64,000 bases of DNA from NCBI GenBank assembly GCA_017516315.1, contig JAFXDE010000054.1, positions 15,251 through 79,250 of the forward strand, in the 5' to 3' direction. Below, in pieces: positions 54,259-64,000 of this stretch. The stretch's first letter is position 1. Every line of letters begins with the position of its first letter. Source of the stretch: Clostridia bacterium. Its GTDB lineage: Bacteria; Bacillota; Clostridia; Oscillospirales; Acutalibacteraceae. A program made the position numbers and the translations under genes. The notes under the pieces were generated by a model. It worked only from the letters and a program-made list of their open reading frames with translations, did no database searches and was not told the DNA's origin.

Positions 54259-55599
54259 ATGTCAGCAAAATTAACAAAAAAATACGTTTCTTCTTTTATA
54301 ACAGATGAAGAAATACTTTCATACCAGTCGAAAATCACGCAAGCCCATAATGCTTTACACGGGAAAACAGGTGTCGGCAGTGATTTTACAGGTTGGGTAG
54401 ACCTTCCCGTAGATTATGACAAGGAAGAATTTTCGAGAATCAAGCTTGCAGCTGAAAAAATAAAAAGCAACAGCGATGTTCTTATCGTAATCGGTATCGG
54501 CGGCTCTTATCTCGGAGCCAGAGCTGCTATCGAATTCATAAACGGACAGAATTATAATGATACCCGTAAGGGAACTCCCGCTATCTATTATGCAGGTAAC
54601 AGTATTTCATCCTCTTATCTGAGCGAAATTATTTCTATCTGCGACGGCAAGGATTTTTCCGTAAATGTTATCTCTAAGTCAGGCACTACTACAGAGCCCG
54701 CCATCGCTTTCAGAATTTTCCGTGAAATGCTTATCGAAAAGTACGGTAAGCAAGAGGCTGCCGAAAGAATCTTCGTTACCACCGACAAGGCAAAGGGTAC
54801 ACTTAAAAGCTTTGCCGATAAGGAAGGCTATGAAACCTTCGTAGTTCCCGATGATGTAGGCGGAAGATATTCCGTTCTCACTGCTGTAGGACTTCTTCCC
54901 ATCGTGGCTGCAGGCATCGACATCGATGCTCTTATGGCAGGTGCCGCTGAGGCAAGAGAGGAGCTTATGAGCACATCGATCGAGGAAAATGAGTGCTATA
55001 AATATGTTGCTGTCCGTAATGCACTTTACGATAAGGGCAAAAAGACAGAAATGTTTATTTCCTATGAGCCCTGCTTTACTATGATGAACGAATGGCTTAA
55101 GCAGCTTTTCGGTGAAAGCGAAGGCAAGGAAGGAAAGGGTCTCTTCCCGACCTCAGCTGTTTTCTCTACTGACCTTCATTCTCTCGGTCAGTACATCCAG
55201 GAAGGCGAAAGAATTATGTTTGAAACCGTAGTTTCTTTCGATAAGCCTAAGTCTGAAATTTTCATCAGGGAAGACGCAGAAAATGTAGACGGTCTTAACT
55301 TCCTCGCAGGAAAGACCATGGACTTTGTAAATAAGCAGGCATACAGAGGAACAGTGCTCGCTCATAATGACGGTCTCGTACCTAACATCATCATTAAAAA
55401 TGAGGATATGAGCGAAAAAACCTTAGGTTATCTCATTTACTTCTTCGAGAAGGCTTGTGCAATATCAGGTTATGTTCTTGGCATCAATCCCTTTGACCAG
55501 CCGGGTGTAGAAAGCTACAAAAAGAATATGTTTGCTCTTTTAGGCAAACCCGGTTACGAAAAAGAGAAAGAAGTACTTGAACAAAGATTAAGTAAGTGA
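54259..55599 (+). CDS. pgi: glucose-6-phosphate isomerase
   Basis: [21 protein letters not shown] and [10 protein letters not shown] motifs of the roughly 450-aa Firmicute PGI. Confidence 0.9.
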   Translation: MSAKLTKKYVSSFITDEEILSYQSKITQAHNALHGKTGVGSDFTGWVDLPVDYDKEEFSRIKLAAEKIKSNSDVLIVIGIGGSYLGARAAIEFINGQNYNDTRKGTPAIYYAGNSISSSYLSEIISICDGKDFSVNVISKSGTTTEPAIAFRIFREMLIEKYGKQEAAERIFVTTDKAKGTLKSFADKEGYETFVVPDDVGGRYSVLTAVGLLPIVAAGIDIDALMAGAAEAREELMSTSIEENECYKYVAVRNALYDKGKKTEMFISYEPCFTMMNEWLKQLFGESEGKEGKGLFPTSAVFSTDLHSLGQYIQEGERIMFETVVSFDKPKSEIFIREDAENVDGLNFLAGKTMDFVNKQAYRGTVLAHNDGLVPNIIIKNEDMSEKTLGYLIYFFEKACAISGYVLGINPFDQPGVESYKKNMFALLGKPGYEKEKEVLEQRLSK

Positions 55600-55674
55600 T
55601 ATAATATACTTGTAATTGAATCGGATTTGTGTTATACTTATTCCGATGAAACAAATAAAAGGAGGAAATATAAA

Positions 55675-56091
55675 ATGATTTCTATTATTTTAGGTCACAA
55701 AGGTGCAGGTAAAACAAAGCGTTTGATTTCTTGTGTAAACGAGGCAGTTGAAAACTCTAAGGGTAATGTTGTCTGTGTTGAAAAAGAAACAAAATTAACA
55801 TATGATGTTAACTATCGTGCTAGACTTATTGCTACAGATGATTATGAAGTAAAGGGTTATGCAGCCTTCTACGGCTTCCTTGCAGGCGTTTGCGCAGGTA
55901 ACCACGACATCACTGATGTTCTCGTTGATGCTACTCTCCGTATCGGCGGCAGAGACTATAACGAGCTTGCTGCTTTCCTTGAGAAGGTTTACGAGCTTTC
56001 TTCCGTAAATGAAAAGGATTTCATTTTCACCATTTCAGCAGACAAGGAAGAGCTTCCCGAATCAATCTTCAATTTCTGCAAGGTTCTTTGA
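55675..56091 (+). CDS. small P-loop protein of unknown function (138 aa)
   Basis: ATG follows AAAGGAGG. N-terminal GHKGAGKT Walker A. No other motif recognised. Confidence 0.55.
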   Translation: MISIILGHKGAGKTKRLISCVNEAVENSKGNVVCVEKETKLTYDVNYRARLIATDDYEVKGYAAFYGFLAGVCAGNHDITDVLVDATLRIGGRDYNELAAFLEKVYELSSVNEKDFIFTISADKEELPESIFNFCKVL

Positions 56092-56166
56092 TTTTAAATT
56101 ATCATAACAATATGGGACTGTTTCTGTTGGGACAGTCCTTTTTGTGATTATAGAGGAAGTGTAAGT

Positions 56167-56766
56167 ATGAATTATGACATCGAAAAAGAAGCTATGAATG
56201 AAGGCTATAAGATAATCTGCGGAGTGGATGAGGCAGGAAGAGGCCCTCTCTGCGGTCCCGTCTGTGCTGCGGCTGTAATTTTACCCCCGGACTGTGAAAT
56301 CGAGGGTATTAATGACTCAAAGAAGCTGAGCGAGAAAAAGCGTGAACAGCTTTTTGATGTTATAACAGAAAAGGCTATAGCCTACAGCATACAGATGGTT
56401 GATGCTGAGACTATCGACGAAATAAATATTTTACAGGCTACCTTTCTTGCTATGCGCACAGCTGTGGAAGCTCTTGACCCGAAGCCTGACATGGCTCTTA
56501 TCGACGGAAACGGAAAGCCCGGTCTTGCCATAGCCGAAAGGACGGTAATAAAGGGAGACGCCAAATCTGTTTCTATCGCTGCGGCATCTATTCTCGCCAA
56601 GGTTACGCGAGACAGATATATGCTCGAAGCCGATAAAAAATATCCTGAATATTTCTTTGCAAAGCATAAGGGCTACGGCACAAAGCTCCACTACGAAGCC
56701 ATAGCCGAGCACGGAATCTGTCCCGAGCACAGAAGAACATTTCTCAAAAAGATTTTAGGTGAGTGA
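56167..56766 (+). CDS. rnhB: ribonuclease HII
   Basis: CGVDEAGRGPLCGPV active-site motif. Confidence 0.9.
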   Translation: MNYDIEKEAMNEGYKIICGVDEAGRGPLCGPVCAAAVILPPDCEIEGINDSKKLSEKKREQLFDVITEKAIAYSIQMVDAETIDEINILQATFLAMRTAVEALDPKPDMALIDGNGKPGLAIAERTVIKGDAKSVSIAAASILAKVTRDRYMLEADKKYPEYFFAKHKGYGTKLHYEAIAEHGICPEHRRTFLKKILGE

Positions 56767-56767
56767 A

Positions 56768-57154
56768 ATGGAAAAGGGGACTAGGGGTAAAAAGGGCGAG
56801 GAGTTTGCCGCAGAATACTACCGTAAGCTCGGATACCTTGTAAAAGAGATGAACTATCACTCCCGTTACGGTGAAGTAGATGTTATTGCTGAAAATGATT
56901 TTCAGATAGTTTTCTGTGAAGTCAAAACGAGAAGCAGTAGTACGCGGACAAATCCCTGTGAAGCGGTTGATTTTAAGAAACAGCAGAAGTTAACTCTCAC
57001 CGCTTTTAAATATCTTGAAAACAGGGGCAGCGATAAAATGCCGCGTTTTGATGTTTTTGAGGTTTGGATAAAAGAAGGAAGAATATATAAATTCAATAAC
57101 ATTGAAAATGCCTTTGAGGCTGTTGACTTTTCGGGAAGATATGATCTGTTTTGA
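56768..57154 (+). CDS. YraN family (UPF0102) endonuclease-like protein
   Basis: GEVDVIA and FCEVKTR motifs. Conserved position after rnhB. A GTG at 56759 is an alternative start. Confidence 0.8.
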   Translation: MEKGTRGKKGEEFAAEYYRKLGYLVKEMNYHSRYGEVDVIAENDFQIVFCEVKTRSSSTRTNPCEAVDFKKQQKLTLTAFKYLENRGSDKMPRFDVFEVWIKEGRIYKFNNIENAFEAVDFSGRYDLF

Positions 57155-57255
57155 ATGTTATTAAGCTTAAAAAATTTGTAAGTTTACATTTAATTCAAAA
57201 AATTATATACCTTGTGTGTTATTAATATTTTGTGAAAAAATACGGAGGTGTTATT

Positions 57256-58815
57256 ATGAAAAGAATTGTTTCACTTTTACTTTGTGTGCTTATGGTGTTT
57301 TCTTTGTCGCTTCCTGCTTTTGCAGCGGCTGAGCCCGAGGAATATCCTACTATTTATGTGACCGGTGCACAGACAAATGATATTTACAGTGCAGAGGGCG
57401 AAAGAATCTGGGATCTCGATGTAGATGCTATGGCTGTGGTTAAGCAGGCTATTAAGCCTTGCCTTGAAGAACTGCTTACGGGTATGGCAAGCCGTGACTA
57501 CAAAGCTTATGCTGAAACAGTAAACAGCTATGTAGCGCCTATCTTCGAAAAGGTTGTTCTCGATAAAAACGGTGAAGCAAGTAACGGAAGCCATCCGGCA
57601 AAGCATTCCTCCTCCGTTGAGGTAGAAGAAAAATATTCCGGCTACGGAATTTGGGACTACCGATTCTGGTATGACTGGAGACTTTCGCCGATAGTTACTG
57701 CTGAAGAGCTTAAGGATTATATCGACAGAGTTACCGAGGCAACAGGTAAGGAAAAGGTTCAGCTTGTAGGTCGCTGCTACGGTGCCAATGTTATTCAGAC
57801 CTACATAACTCTTTATAAGGATCACGCTCTTGAAAATGTAAGCGATATCTCTTATTTCGCTTCATCAGTTATGGGTATTGATTATATGAGTGCTCTTTTT
57901 TCGGGCGAAGTAGTTCTCGACGATAAGGCTGTGTCCAATTTTGTACAGTATTTTCTTGAGGAAGAAGAGCTTATTGAAGACGATGTGCTTTCCGGCTTTG
58001 TTTACGCTCTTATAGAGGTGTTCAGATACGCTGAGGTTTTAGGTATAGGAACTGACACCTTGCTTCTTCTTTTCGACGAAATAAAATATGATCTTATACC
58101 CACTCTTCTTCCTAATATTATCGGTTCATGGGCTTCTTACTGGTCTATGGTTACAGCGGATAAATACGAAGAGGCAATTGAATTCATTTACGGTGACAGA
58201 AAAGATGAGTATGCAGGCCTTATCGAAAAGACAGACCGTTACCACTATGAGGTTCAGCTTTGCGTAGAGGAAACCATTCTCGAGCTTCAGGATAAAGGTA
58301 TAAATTTCTATATTTTCTCTAAGTATGGCTTCCCTGATATGCCCTTATATGACGGTGCAGCCAACGAAAGTGACTCAACTACCTCAGTACCCAGACAGTC
58401 CTTCGGTGCAGAATGCTCTGATTTCGGCGAAACCTTCAGCGATGAATACATTAATTCGCTTTCGGATACAACTTATCTTTCGCCCGATTATAAAATCAAT
58501 GCTGCTTCTGCTCTTATTCCCGAAAGAAGCTGGTTTGTAAAGGGACTCCATCATGATTGGTTCGGTGAGCTTCATGATATGACTCTCGAAATTATGCGCT
58601 ATGATATGACGGTTCATAATGAAAAATATCCTCAGTATCTTCTGCGCGTAAACAGTGATACGCTTGTCCCCGTTACAGAATCCGATGATGATTATGTAAA
58701 ATCTACGCAGGGGATTGTAGGTGCAGCTATCCGCCTTCTTACGGCTTTCATCCGTGTTCTTACAAATATTATCAACGGAAAGCTTTCTTTAGACCTTTCT
58801 GGTCTTATCGGTTGA
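57256..58815 (+). CDS. secreted LCAT-like alpha/beta hydrolase with Cys at the nucleophile elbow
   Basis: Signal peptide ending PAFA-AA, FWYDWRLSP, and VQLVGRCYGAN (GxCxG, Cys codon at 57775-57777). Confidence 0.65.
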   Translation: MKRIVSLLLCVLMVFSLSLPAFAAAEPEEYPTIYVTGAQTNDIYSAEGERIWDLDVDAMAVVKQAIKPCLEELLTGMASRDYKAYAETVNSYVAPIFEKVVLDKNGEASNGSHPAKHSSSVEVEEKYSGYGIWDYRFWYDWRLSPIVTAEELKDYIDRVTEATGKEKVQLVGRCYGANVIQTYITLYKDHALENVSDISYFASSVMGIDYMSALFSGEVVLDDKAVSNFVQYFLEEEELIEDDVLSGFVYALIEVFRYAEVLGIGTDTLLLLFDEIKYDLIPTLLPNIIGSWASYWSMVTADKYEEAIEFIYGDRKDEYAGLIEKTDRYHYEVQLCVEETILELQDKGINFYIFSKYGFPDMPLYDGAANESDSTTSVPRQSFGAECSDFGETFSDEYINSLSDTTYLSPDYKINAASALIPERSWFVKGLHHDWFGELHDMTLEIMRYDMTVHNEKYPQYLLRVNSDTLVPVTESDDDYVKSTQGIVGAAIRLLTAFIRVLTNIINGKLSLDLSGLIG

Positions 58816-58828
58816 TTGAATATTATTA

Positions 58829-58855
58829 CAGACTCTCCTCGGAGGGTCTGTTTTA
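58829..58855 (+). terminator. rho-independent terminator
   Basis: 9-bp stem CAGACTCTC / GAGGGTCTG (one G-T pair), CTCG loop, TTTT. Confidence 0.7.
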
Positions 58856-58876
58856 CGCTTTTACAGAGCTTTTCCG

Positions 58877-58929
58877 TAAAAAAACACCCCAAAAGCTAAA
58901 CCTTGTTACTGCGTTTAAGCTTTTGGGGT
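58877..58929 (-). terminator. terminator of dapA
   Basis: 12-bp stem ACCCCAAAAGCT / AGCTTTTGGGGT. On the minus strand it is followed by TTTTTTT. Confidence 0.65.
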
Positions 58930-58938
58930 ATATTTTAT

Positions 58939-59826
58939 TTAAAGCTTGTGCTTTATTGCTTCGAGACTGATCCTTATCCTTTCCTTCTTCTCTTCGCTCA
59001 TCTCATAAAGGGGGAGTCGCAGTATGCCTGAATCCATATCGAGGTATTTCATAGCATACTTGACGGGTATGGGGTTAACATCGCAGAAGAGAGCTTCTAT
59101 TAAATCCATAGCCTCTGACTGCATTTCTCTGCATTTCAGAGTGCTTCCGGTTATTCCCTCGTAGGTCATTTCGTGGGTAAAGGCCGGCATTACATTAGCC
59201 AGAACAGAGATAACACCCTTGCAGCCACAGGCGGCGGCAGGACATATCATATCGTCATTACCGATGTAAAAATCGAGCTTATCCCCACATAGCCTAATTG
59301 ATTTTATGAGCTTTGCTATGCTCGTGTCGGCTTCCTTTACACCGCAAATATTATTATGCTCGGAAAGCCTTTTGTAGGTTTCGGGAAGTATGTTCATTCC
59401 TGTTCTCGACGGAACATTGTAAACTATTATCGGCTTTTCTGCCTCATCTGCCAGGGCGTAATAATGCTTTATAAGGCCCTCCTGCGAGGTTTTGTTATAA
59501 TAGGGGGTAACTGACAGATGAGCATCAATTCCTGTCTTTTCCGCCTCTTTGATAAGCGACAGAGAAAAAGAAGTGCTATTACTGCCCGTACCTCCGATAA
59601 CAGGTATACGTCCGTGTGCAACCTCAACTGCCGTAGAAAAAAGATTAAGTCTTTCATAAACAGTAAGTGTTGAACCTTCACCGGTAGTTCCGCAGACAAT
59701 AATAGCATCCGTCTTATTTTCGATGTGATATTCTATGAGCTTTTCAAATCCTTTAAAATCGATTTTACCATCCTTATCAAAGGGAGTTATAAGTGCAACT
59801 CCGCTGCCGATAAAGACAGGCTTCAT
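58939..59826 (-). CDS. dapA: 4-hydroxy-tetrahydrodipicolinate synthase
   Basis: VCGTTGEGSTL and the Schiff-base lysine context ICGVKEA. Confidence 0.9.
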   Translation of the reverse strand: MKPVFIGSGVALITPFDKDGKIDFKGFEKLIEYHIENKTDAIIVCGTTGEGSTLTVYERLNLFSTAVEVAHGRIPVIGGTGSNSTSFSLSLIKEAEKTGIDAHLSVTPYYNKTSQEGLIKHYYALADEAEKPIIVYNVPSRTGMNILPETYKRLSEHNNICGVKEADTSIAKLIKSIRLCGDKLDFYIGNDDMICPAAACGCKGVISVLANVMPAFTHEMTYEGITGSTLKCREMQSEAMDLIEALFCDVNPIPVKYAMKYLDMDSGILRLPLYEMSEEKKERIRISLEAIKHKL

Positions 59827-59852
59827 TGAAAAACCTCCTCAGAATAATATGT

Positions 59853-60941
59853 TTAGTCCATATAGCCTTCAGCACAGAGAAGCTCAGCTAAAAGAACTGC
59901 ACCGCCTGCTGCACCTCTGAGAGTATTGTGTGAAAGGCAGACAAACTTATAATCATACTGGCTGTCCTCACGAAGTCTGCCGATGGAAACAGCCATACCG
60001 TTTTCGAGGTTACGGTTAAGCTTGGTCTGAGGCATATTGTCCTCTTTGAAGTAGTGGAGGAATTTTTTCGGTGCGGAGGGAAGCTCTAATTCCTGGGCTC
60101 TGCCTGCAAAGCTGTCCCAAACCTTTATTATTTCCTCCTCGGAGGGCTTTTTGCCGTCCTCGAAGCGCATAAATACAGCACCCATGTGACCGTCGGAAAC
60201 GGGAACTCTGATGCACTGTGCGGTAAAAGCGGGAGAAGTAGCGTTAACGATAACATCGTTTTCTACCTTGCCCCAGATCTTAAGAGGCTCCTGCTCGCTC
60301 TTTTCTTCCTCGCCGCCGATGAAGGGGATTACATTGTCTACCATTTCGGGCCAGCTTTCGAAGGTCTTACCTGCACCTGAAATAGCCTGATATGTGCATA
60401 CGAGAACCTCTTTTACACCGAATTCCTTATCGAGAGGATAGATAGCGGGCACATAGCTCTGGAGTGAGCAGTTTGATTTAACGGCTACGAAGCCCTTCTT
60501 TGTACCGAGTCTCTTTCTCTGGCTTTCGATGACCTTGATGTGGTCAGCGTTGATTTCGGGAACTACCATGGGAACATCGGGAGTGCCTCTGTGAGCGCTG
60601 TTGTTGGAAACAACGGGACACTCTTCCTTAGCGTAAGCCTCCTCGAGAGCCTTGATTTCATCCTTTTTCATATCAACTGCGCAGAAAACAAAATCTACCG
60701 AAGCGGCGATTTCCTTGATGTCATCAGTTGCATTTTTGATGATAAGGTTCTTCATGCTTTCGGGCATGGGAACAGACATTCTCCATCTTTCGCCGACAGC
60801 CTCCTCGTAGGTTTTGCCTGCTGAGCGTCCGCTGGCAGCGAGAGTTACTACCTCGAACCAGGGATGGCCGTCGAGAATGGTGGCGAAGCGCTGACCTACC
60901 ATACCGGTAGCACCGATTATACCAACCTTATACTTTTTCAT
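59853..60941 (-). CDS. asd: aspartate-semialdehyde dehydrogenase
   Basis: VGIIGATGMVGQ Rossmann start and active-site SNCS. ATG 60941 follows AGAGGTG. Confidence 0.9.
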   Translation of the reverse strand: MKKYKVGIIGATGMVGQRFATILDGHPWFEVVTLAASGRSAGKTYEEAVGERWRMSVPMPESMKNLIIKNATDDIKEIAASVDFVFCAVDMKKDEIKALEEAYAKEECPVVSNNSAHRGTPDVPMVVPEINADHIKVIESQRKRLGTKKGFVAVKSNCSLQSYVPAIYPLDKEFGVKEVLVCTYQAISGAGKTFESWPEMVDNVIPFIGGEEEKSEQEPLKIWGKVENDVIVNATSPAFTAQCIRVPVSDGHMGAVFMRFEDGKKPSEEEIIKVWDSFAGRAQELELPSAPKKFLHYFKEDNMPQTKLNRNLENGMAVSIGRLREDSQYDYKFVCLSHNTLRGAAGGAVLLAELLCAEGYMD

Positions 60942-61101
60942 AAAAACACCTCTATTTTTATCCAAATTTTATACTTATTATTTTGCATAAAACTGTTGCT
61001 AAATTGAGCATTATGCACTATAATAGATATTAACTTTTATATAATATCACTTATGGATTGAAGTGTCAATCAATTTTTACAAGTTTCTGAAAGGAATTAA
61101 G

Positions 61102-62127
61102 ATGAATAAATCAGATTTTTTTTATGATTTACCTGAAAAGCTTATCGCACAGCATCCCGTAGAGCCGAGAGACGCCTCGAGGCTTATGGTAGTGGACAAG
61201 ATAAGCGGTGAAATTCAGCATAAGCATTTTTACGATATTCTTGACGAGCTGAGAGAGGGCGACTGCCTTATCCTTAATGATACCCGTGTTCTTCCTGCGC
61301 GTATTTTCGGTATCAAGGAGGGAACGGGAGCGAGAGTAGAATTTCTTCTTCTTACCAATAAAGGCGGCGATGTGTGGGAATGTATAACCGGTCCCGGAAA
61401 AAGAGCCAAGCCGGGTACACGCTTTACCTTCGGCGACGGTATTCTCACCGCTGAGGTTATTGATGTGCTCGAGGGCGGCAACAGACTTGTAAAGTTCTTT
61501 TATGAAGGTAATTTCTTTAATGTTCTCGATGAAATCGGACAGATGCCGCTTCCGCCATATATTACCGAAAAGCTCGAAAACCGGGAAAGGTATCAGACGG
61601 TTTATTCCAAAGAGCTCGGCTCAGCAGCTGCACCTACAGCAGGTCTCCATTTTACAGAGGAGCTTATGAGTAAGATAGAAGAAAAAGGCGTTAAAATCGG
61701 ATATGTTACTCTCCATGTAGGTCTCGGTACCTTCCGTCCCGTAAAAGCGGAAGACATCTCACAGCATATTATGCACTCCGAGCATTATTGGTTACCTAAG
61801 GAAACAGCGGAGCTGATAAACGACACAAAAAACAAAGGCGGCAGAGTTATCGCCGTCGGCACTACCAGCTGCCGTACTCTCGAATCCGTAGGCACCTTTA
61901 AGGGGAAGATAGAAGAAAGCGAAGGCTGGACAGATATTTTCATCTATCCGGGTTATGAGTTCAAATGTATCGATGCTCTTATTACTAATTTTCATCTTCC
62001 CGAAAGCACGCTCATTATGCTTGTAAGTGCTTTCTGCGGATATGATAATACGATGAATTTTTATAAAAAAGCAGTTGAGGAGAGATACAGATTTTTCTCT
62101 TTTGGCGACGCGATGTTTATTCGTTGA
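61102..62127 (+). CDS. queA: S-adenosylmethionine:tRNA ribosyltransferase-isomerase
   Basis: [21 protein letters not shown] and [10 protein letters not shown] motifs. ATG 61102 follows AAAGGAA. Confidence 0.9.
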   Translation: MNKSDFFYDLPEKLIAQHPVEPRDASRLMVVDKISGEIQHKHFYDILDELREGDCLILNDTRVLPARIFGIKEGTGARVEFLLLTNKGGDVWECITGPGKRAKPGTRFTFGDGILTAEVIDVLEGGNRLVKFFYEGNFFNVLDEIGQMPLPPYITEKLENRERYQTVYSKELGSAAAPTAGLHFTEELMSKIEEKGVKIGYVTLHVGLGTFRPVKAEDISQHIMHSEHYWLPKETAELINDTKNKGGRVIAVGTTSCRTLESVGTFKGKIEESEGWTDIFIYPGYEFKCIDALITNFHLPESTLIMLVSAFCGYDNTMNFYKKAVEERYRFFSFGDAMFIR

Positions 62128-62295
62128 AACTACATATATTTATGAGTTATATATAATATTTAATTATATATATTGCACAGATTCATGACGTATATTTCAA
62201 ATTAAAAATATCCTATACGTAAACTTCGGGGGTGTGTTTATAAAAAACGTCGATTTTTGCAAAGGGATTTTTATGGGAAAATATCAGTCGGTTTA

Positions 62296-62323
62296 TTGAC
62301 ATTATCCGATAATATGGTAAGAT
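62296..62323 (+). promoter_or_regulatory. candidate promoter of the toxin cassette
   Basis: TTGACA (62296-301), 16-nt spacer ending TGG, TAAGAT. Confidence 0.4.
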
Positions 62324-62363
62324 AGTTATAGAAGGATTCATATATTGATGACGGAGTGTATTT

Positions 62364-62624
62364 ATGATTATCAGATACTCAAAAGATGCATTAAAATTTT
62401 TAGCTAAACTGGATAAAAAGTCAGTTAATAGAATCAGAGAGGCCGTTGCCGGATTAACTTTGGTTCCGCCTGTTGGTGATATTAAATTGCTGCAAGGCTA
62501 TAACGATGACAGGAAGAGACTCAGAGTAGGTTCCTGGCGAATTATTTACAAGTACGGTGTGGATAATAATATTGATATACTTTTCATCATTGATATAGGA
62601 AACCGTGGAGATATTTATAAATAA
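62364..62624 (+). CDS. RelE/ParE family type II toxin
   Basis: 86 aa. The pattern ...RIREAVAGL...GDIKLLQG...RLRVGSWRIIYKY...ILFIIDIGNRGDIYK is typical of RelE/ParE mRNA interferases. Confidence 0.75.
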   Translation: MIIRYSKDALKFLAKLDKKSVNRIREAVAGLTLVPPVGDIKLLQGYNDDRKRLRVGSWRIIYKYGVDNNIDILFIIDIGNRGDIYK

Positions 62625-62636
62625 GGAGGAAAGTGT

Positions 62637-62858
62637 ATGTCTAATGTTGCAATGGATGCTGCCAGACTTCTGGATATGCTGCCTGAAAGTGATAAGCAGT
62701 TTGCTTATGAGTTCATAAAAAAGCTTGTTCTTGCCTGGGATCCGGATTATACAAAGGTTACCTCCGAAGAGGCAAAGCATATTGCTGCAGCGGAGAACAG
62801 TGGCTTTGTTGATGATGCTGATATTGACTGGGATAATCTCAGTTCAATAACACAGTAA
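62637..62858 (+). CDS. small acidic protein, candidate cognate antitoxin (downstream position)
   Basis: Starts 12 nt after the toxin stop with RBS AAGGAGG. 73 aa, strongly acidic C-terminus. No DNA-binding motif recognised. Confidence 0.5.
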   Translation: MSNVAMDAARLLDMLPESDKQFAYEFIKKLVLAWDPDYTKVTSEEAKHIAAAENSGFVDDADIDWDNLSSITQ

Positions 62859-62870
62859 ACTTGCAAATGG

Positions 62871-62902
62871 CGCAAGGGATTGTTTCTCTTGCGTTGTTTT
62901 TT
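62871..62902 (+). terminator. rho-independent terminator of the toxin cassette
   Basis: 9-bp stem CGCAAGGGA / TCTCTTGCG (one G-T pair) followed by TTGTTTTTT. Confidence 0.7.
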
Positions 62903-62967
62903 GAAATTAATTAAGATATCGCCGATTGTCCTATATTGTGTAAACATCGGCGACGCGGTATTTTTGA

Positions 62968-64000
<1,033 letters not shown>

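Noticed and set aside
60942-61101. Lysine riboswitch (L-box) upstream of asd-dapA
   Set aside because: Only about 160 nt, shared with the divergent queA promoter region. It is AT-rich and lacks the conserved L-box helices I would expect.

Overview
This is a chromosomal segment of a moderate/low-GC, spore-forming Firmicute. It looks Clostridia-like: spoIVB, ireB, pyrK plus type-1B pyrD, a long-form HPF and a CD1871A-type miniprotein are all present. I call about 62 protein genes, and almost all are housekeeping.

Gene content by region:
- 1-11 kb: sugar/hexosamine utilisation genes and a two-component system.
- 11-18 kb: hpf, a THUMP RNA methyltransferase, transporters and a polyferredoxin.
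- 25-30.6 kb: a complete pyrC-K-D-F-E-B-I operon.
- 32-37 kb: topB and an M16 peptidase pair.
- 37.5-50.2 kb: a division/cell-wall block of PucR-type regulator, ftsE, ftsX, two M23 peptidases, an S41-like protein, a TagF-like enzyme, spoIVB and rfbCD.
- 50-64 kb: tRNA-modification genes (tmcAL, mtaB, queA, tgt), a PBP5-type carboxypeptidase, pgi, rnhB, yraN, dapA and asd.

There is one RNA gene, tRNA-Arg(CCG) at 18665-18741.

Only two regions look accessory:
1. 18.7-23.8 kb, downstream of the tRNA. An exact 27-nt copy of the tRNA 3' end recurs 2.7 kb away, and no recombinase gene lies in between. Each copy is followed by a terminator and then an unusual array of short hairpins with unique stems. 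The hairpins are separated by short conserved spacers that switch orientation mid-array. I cannot assign these arrays to any described element class, and they are my best candidate for something new. An AT-rich sigma/anti-sigma cassette follows.
2. A RelE/ParE-type toxin cassette inserted between queA and tgt.

I saw no CRISPR array, rRNA, IS element or recognisable defence system.

All functional calls rest on motifs read from the supplied translations, not on database searches.
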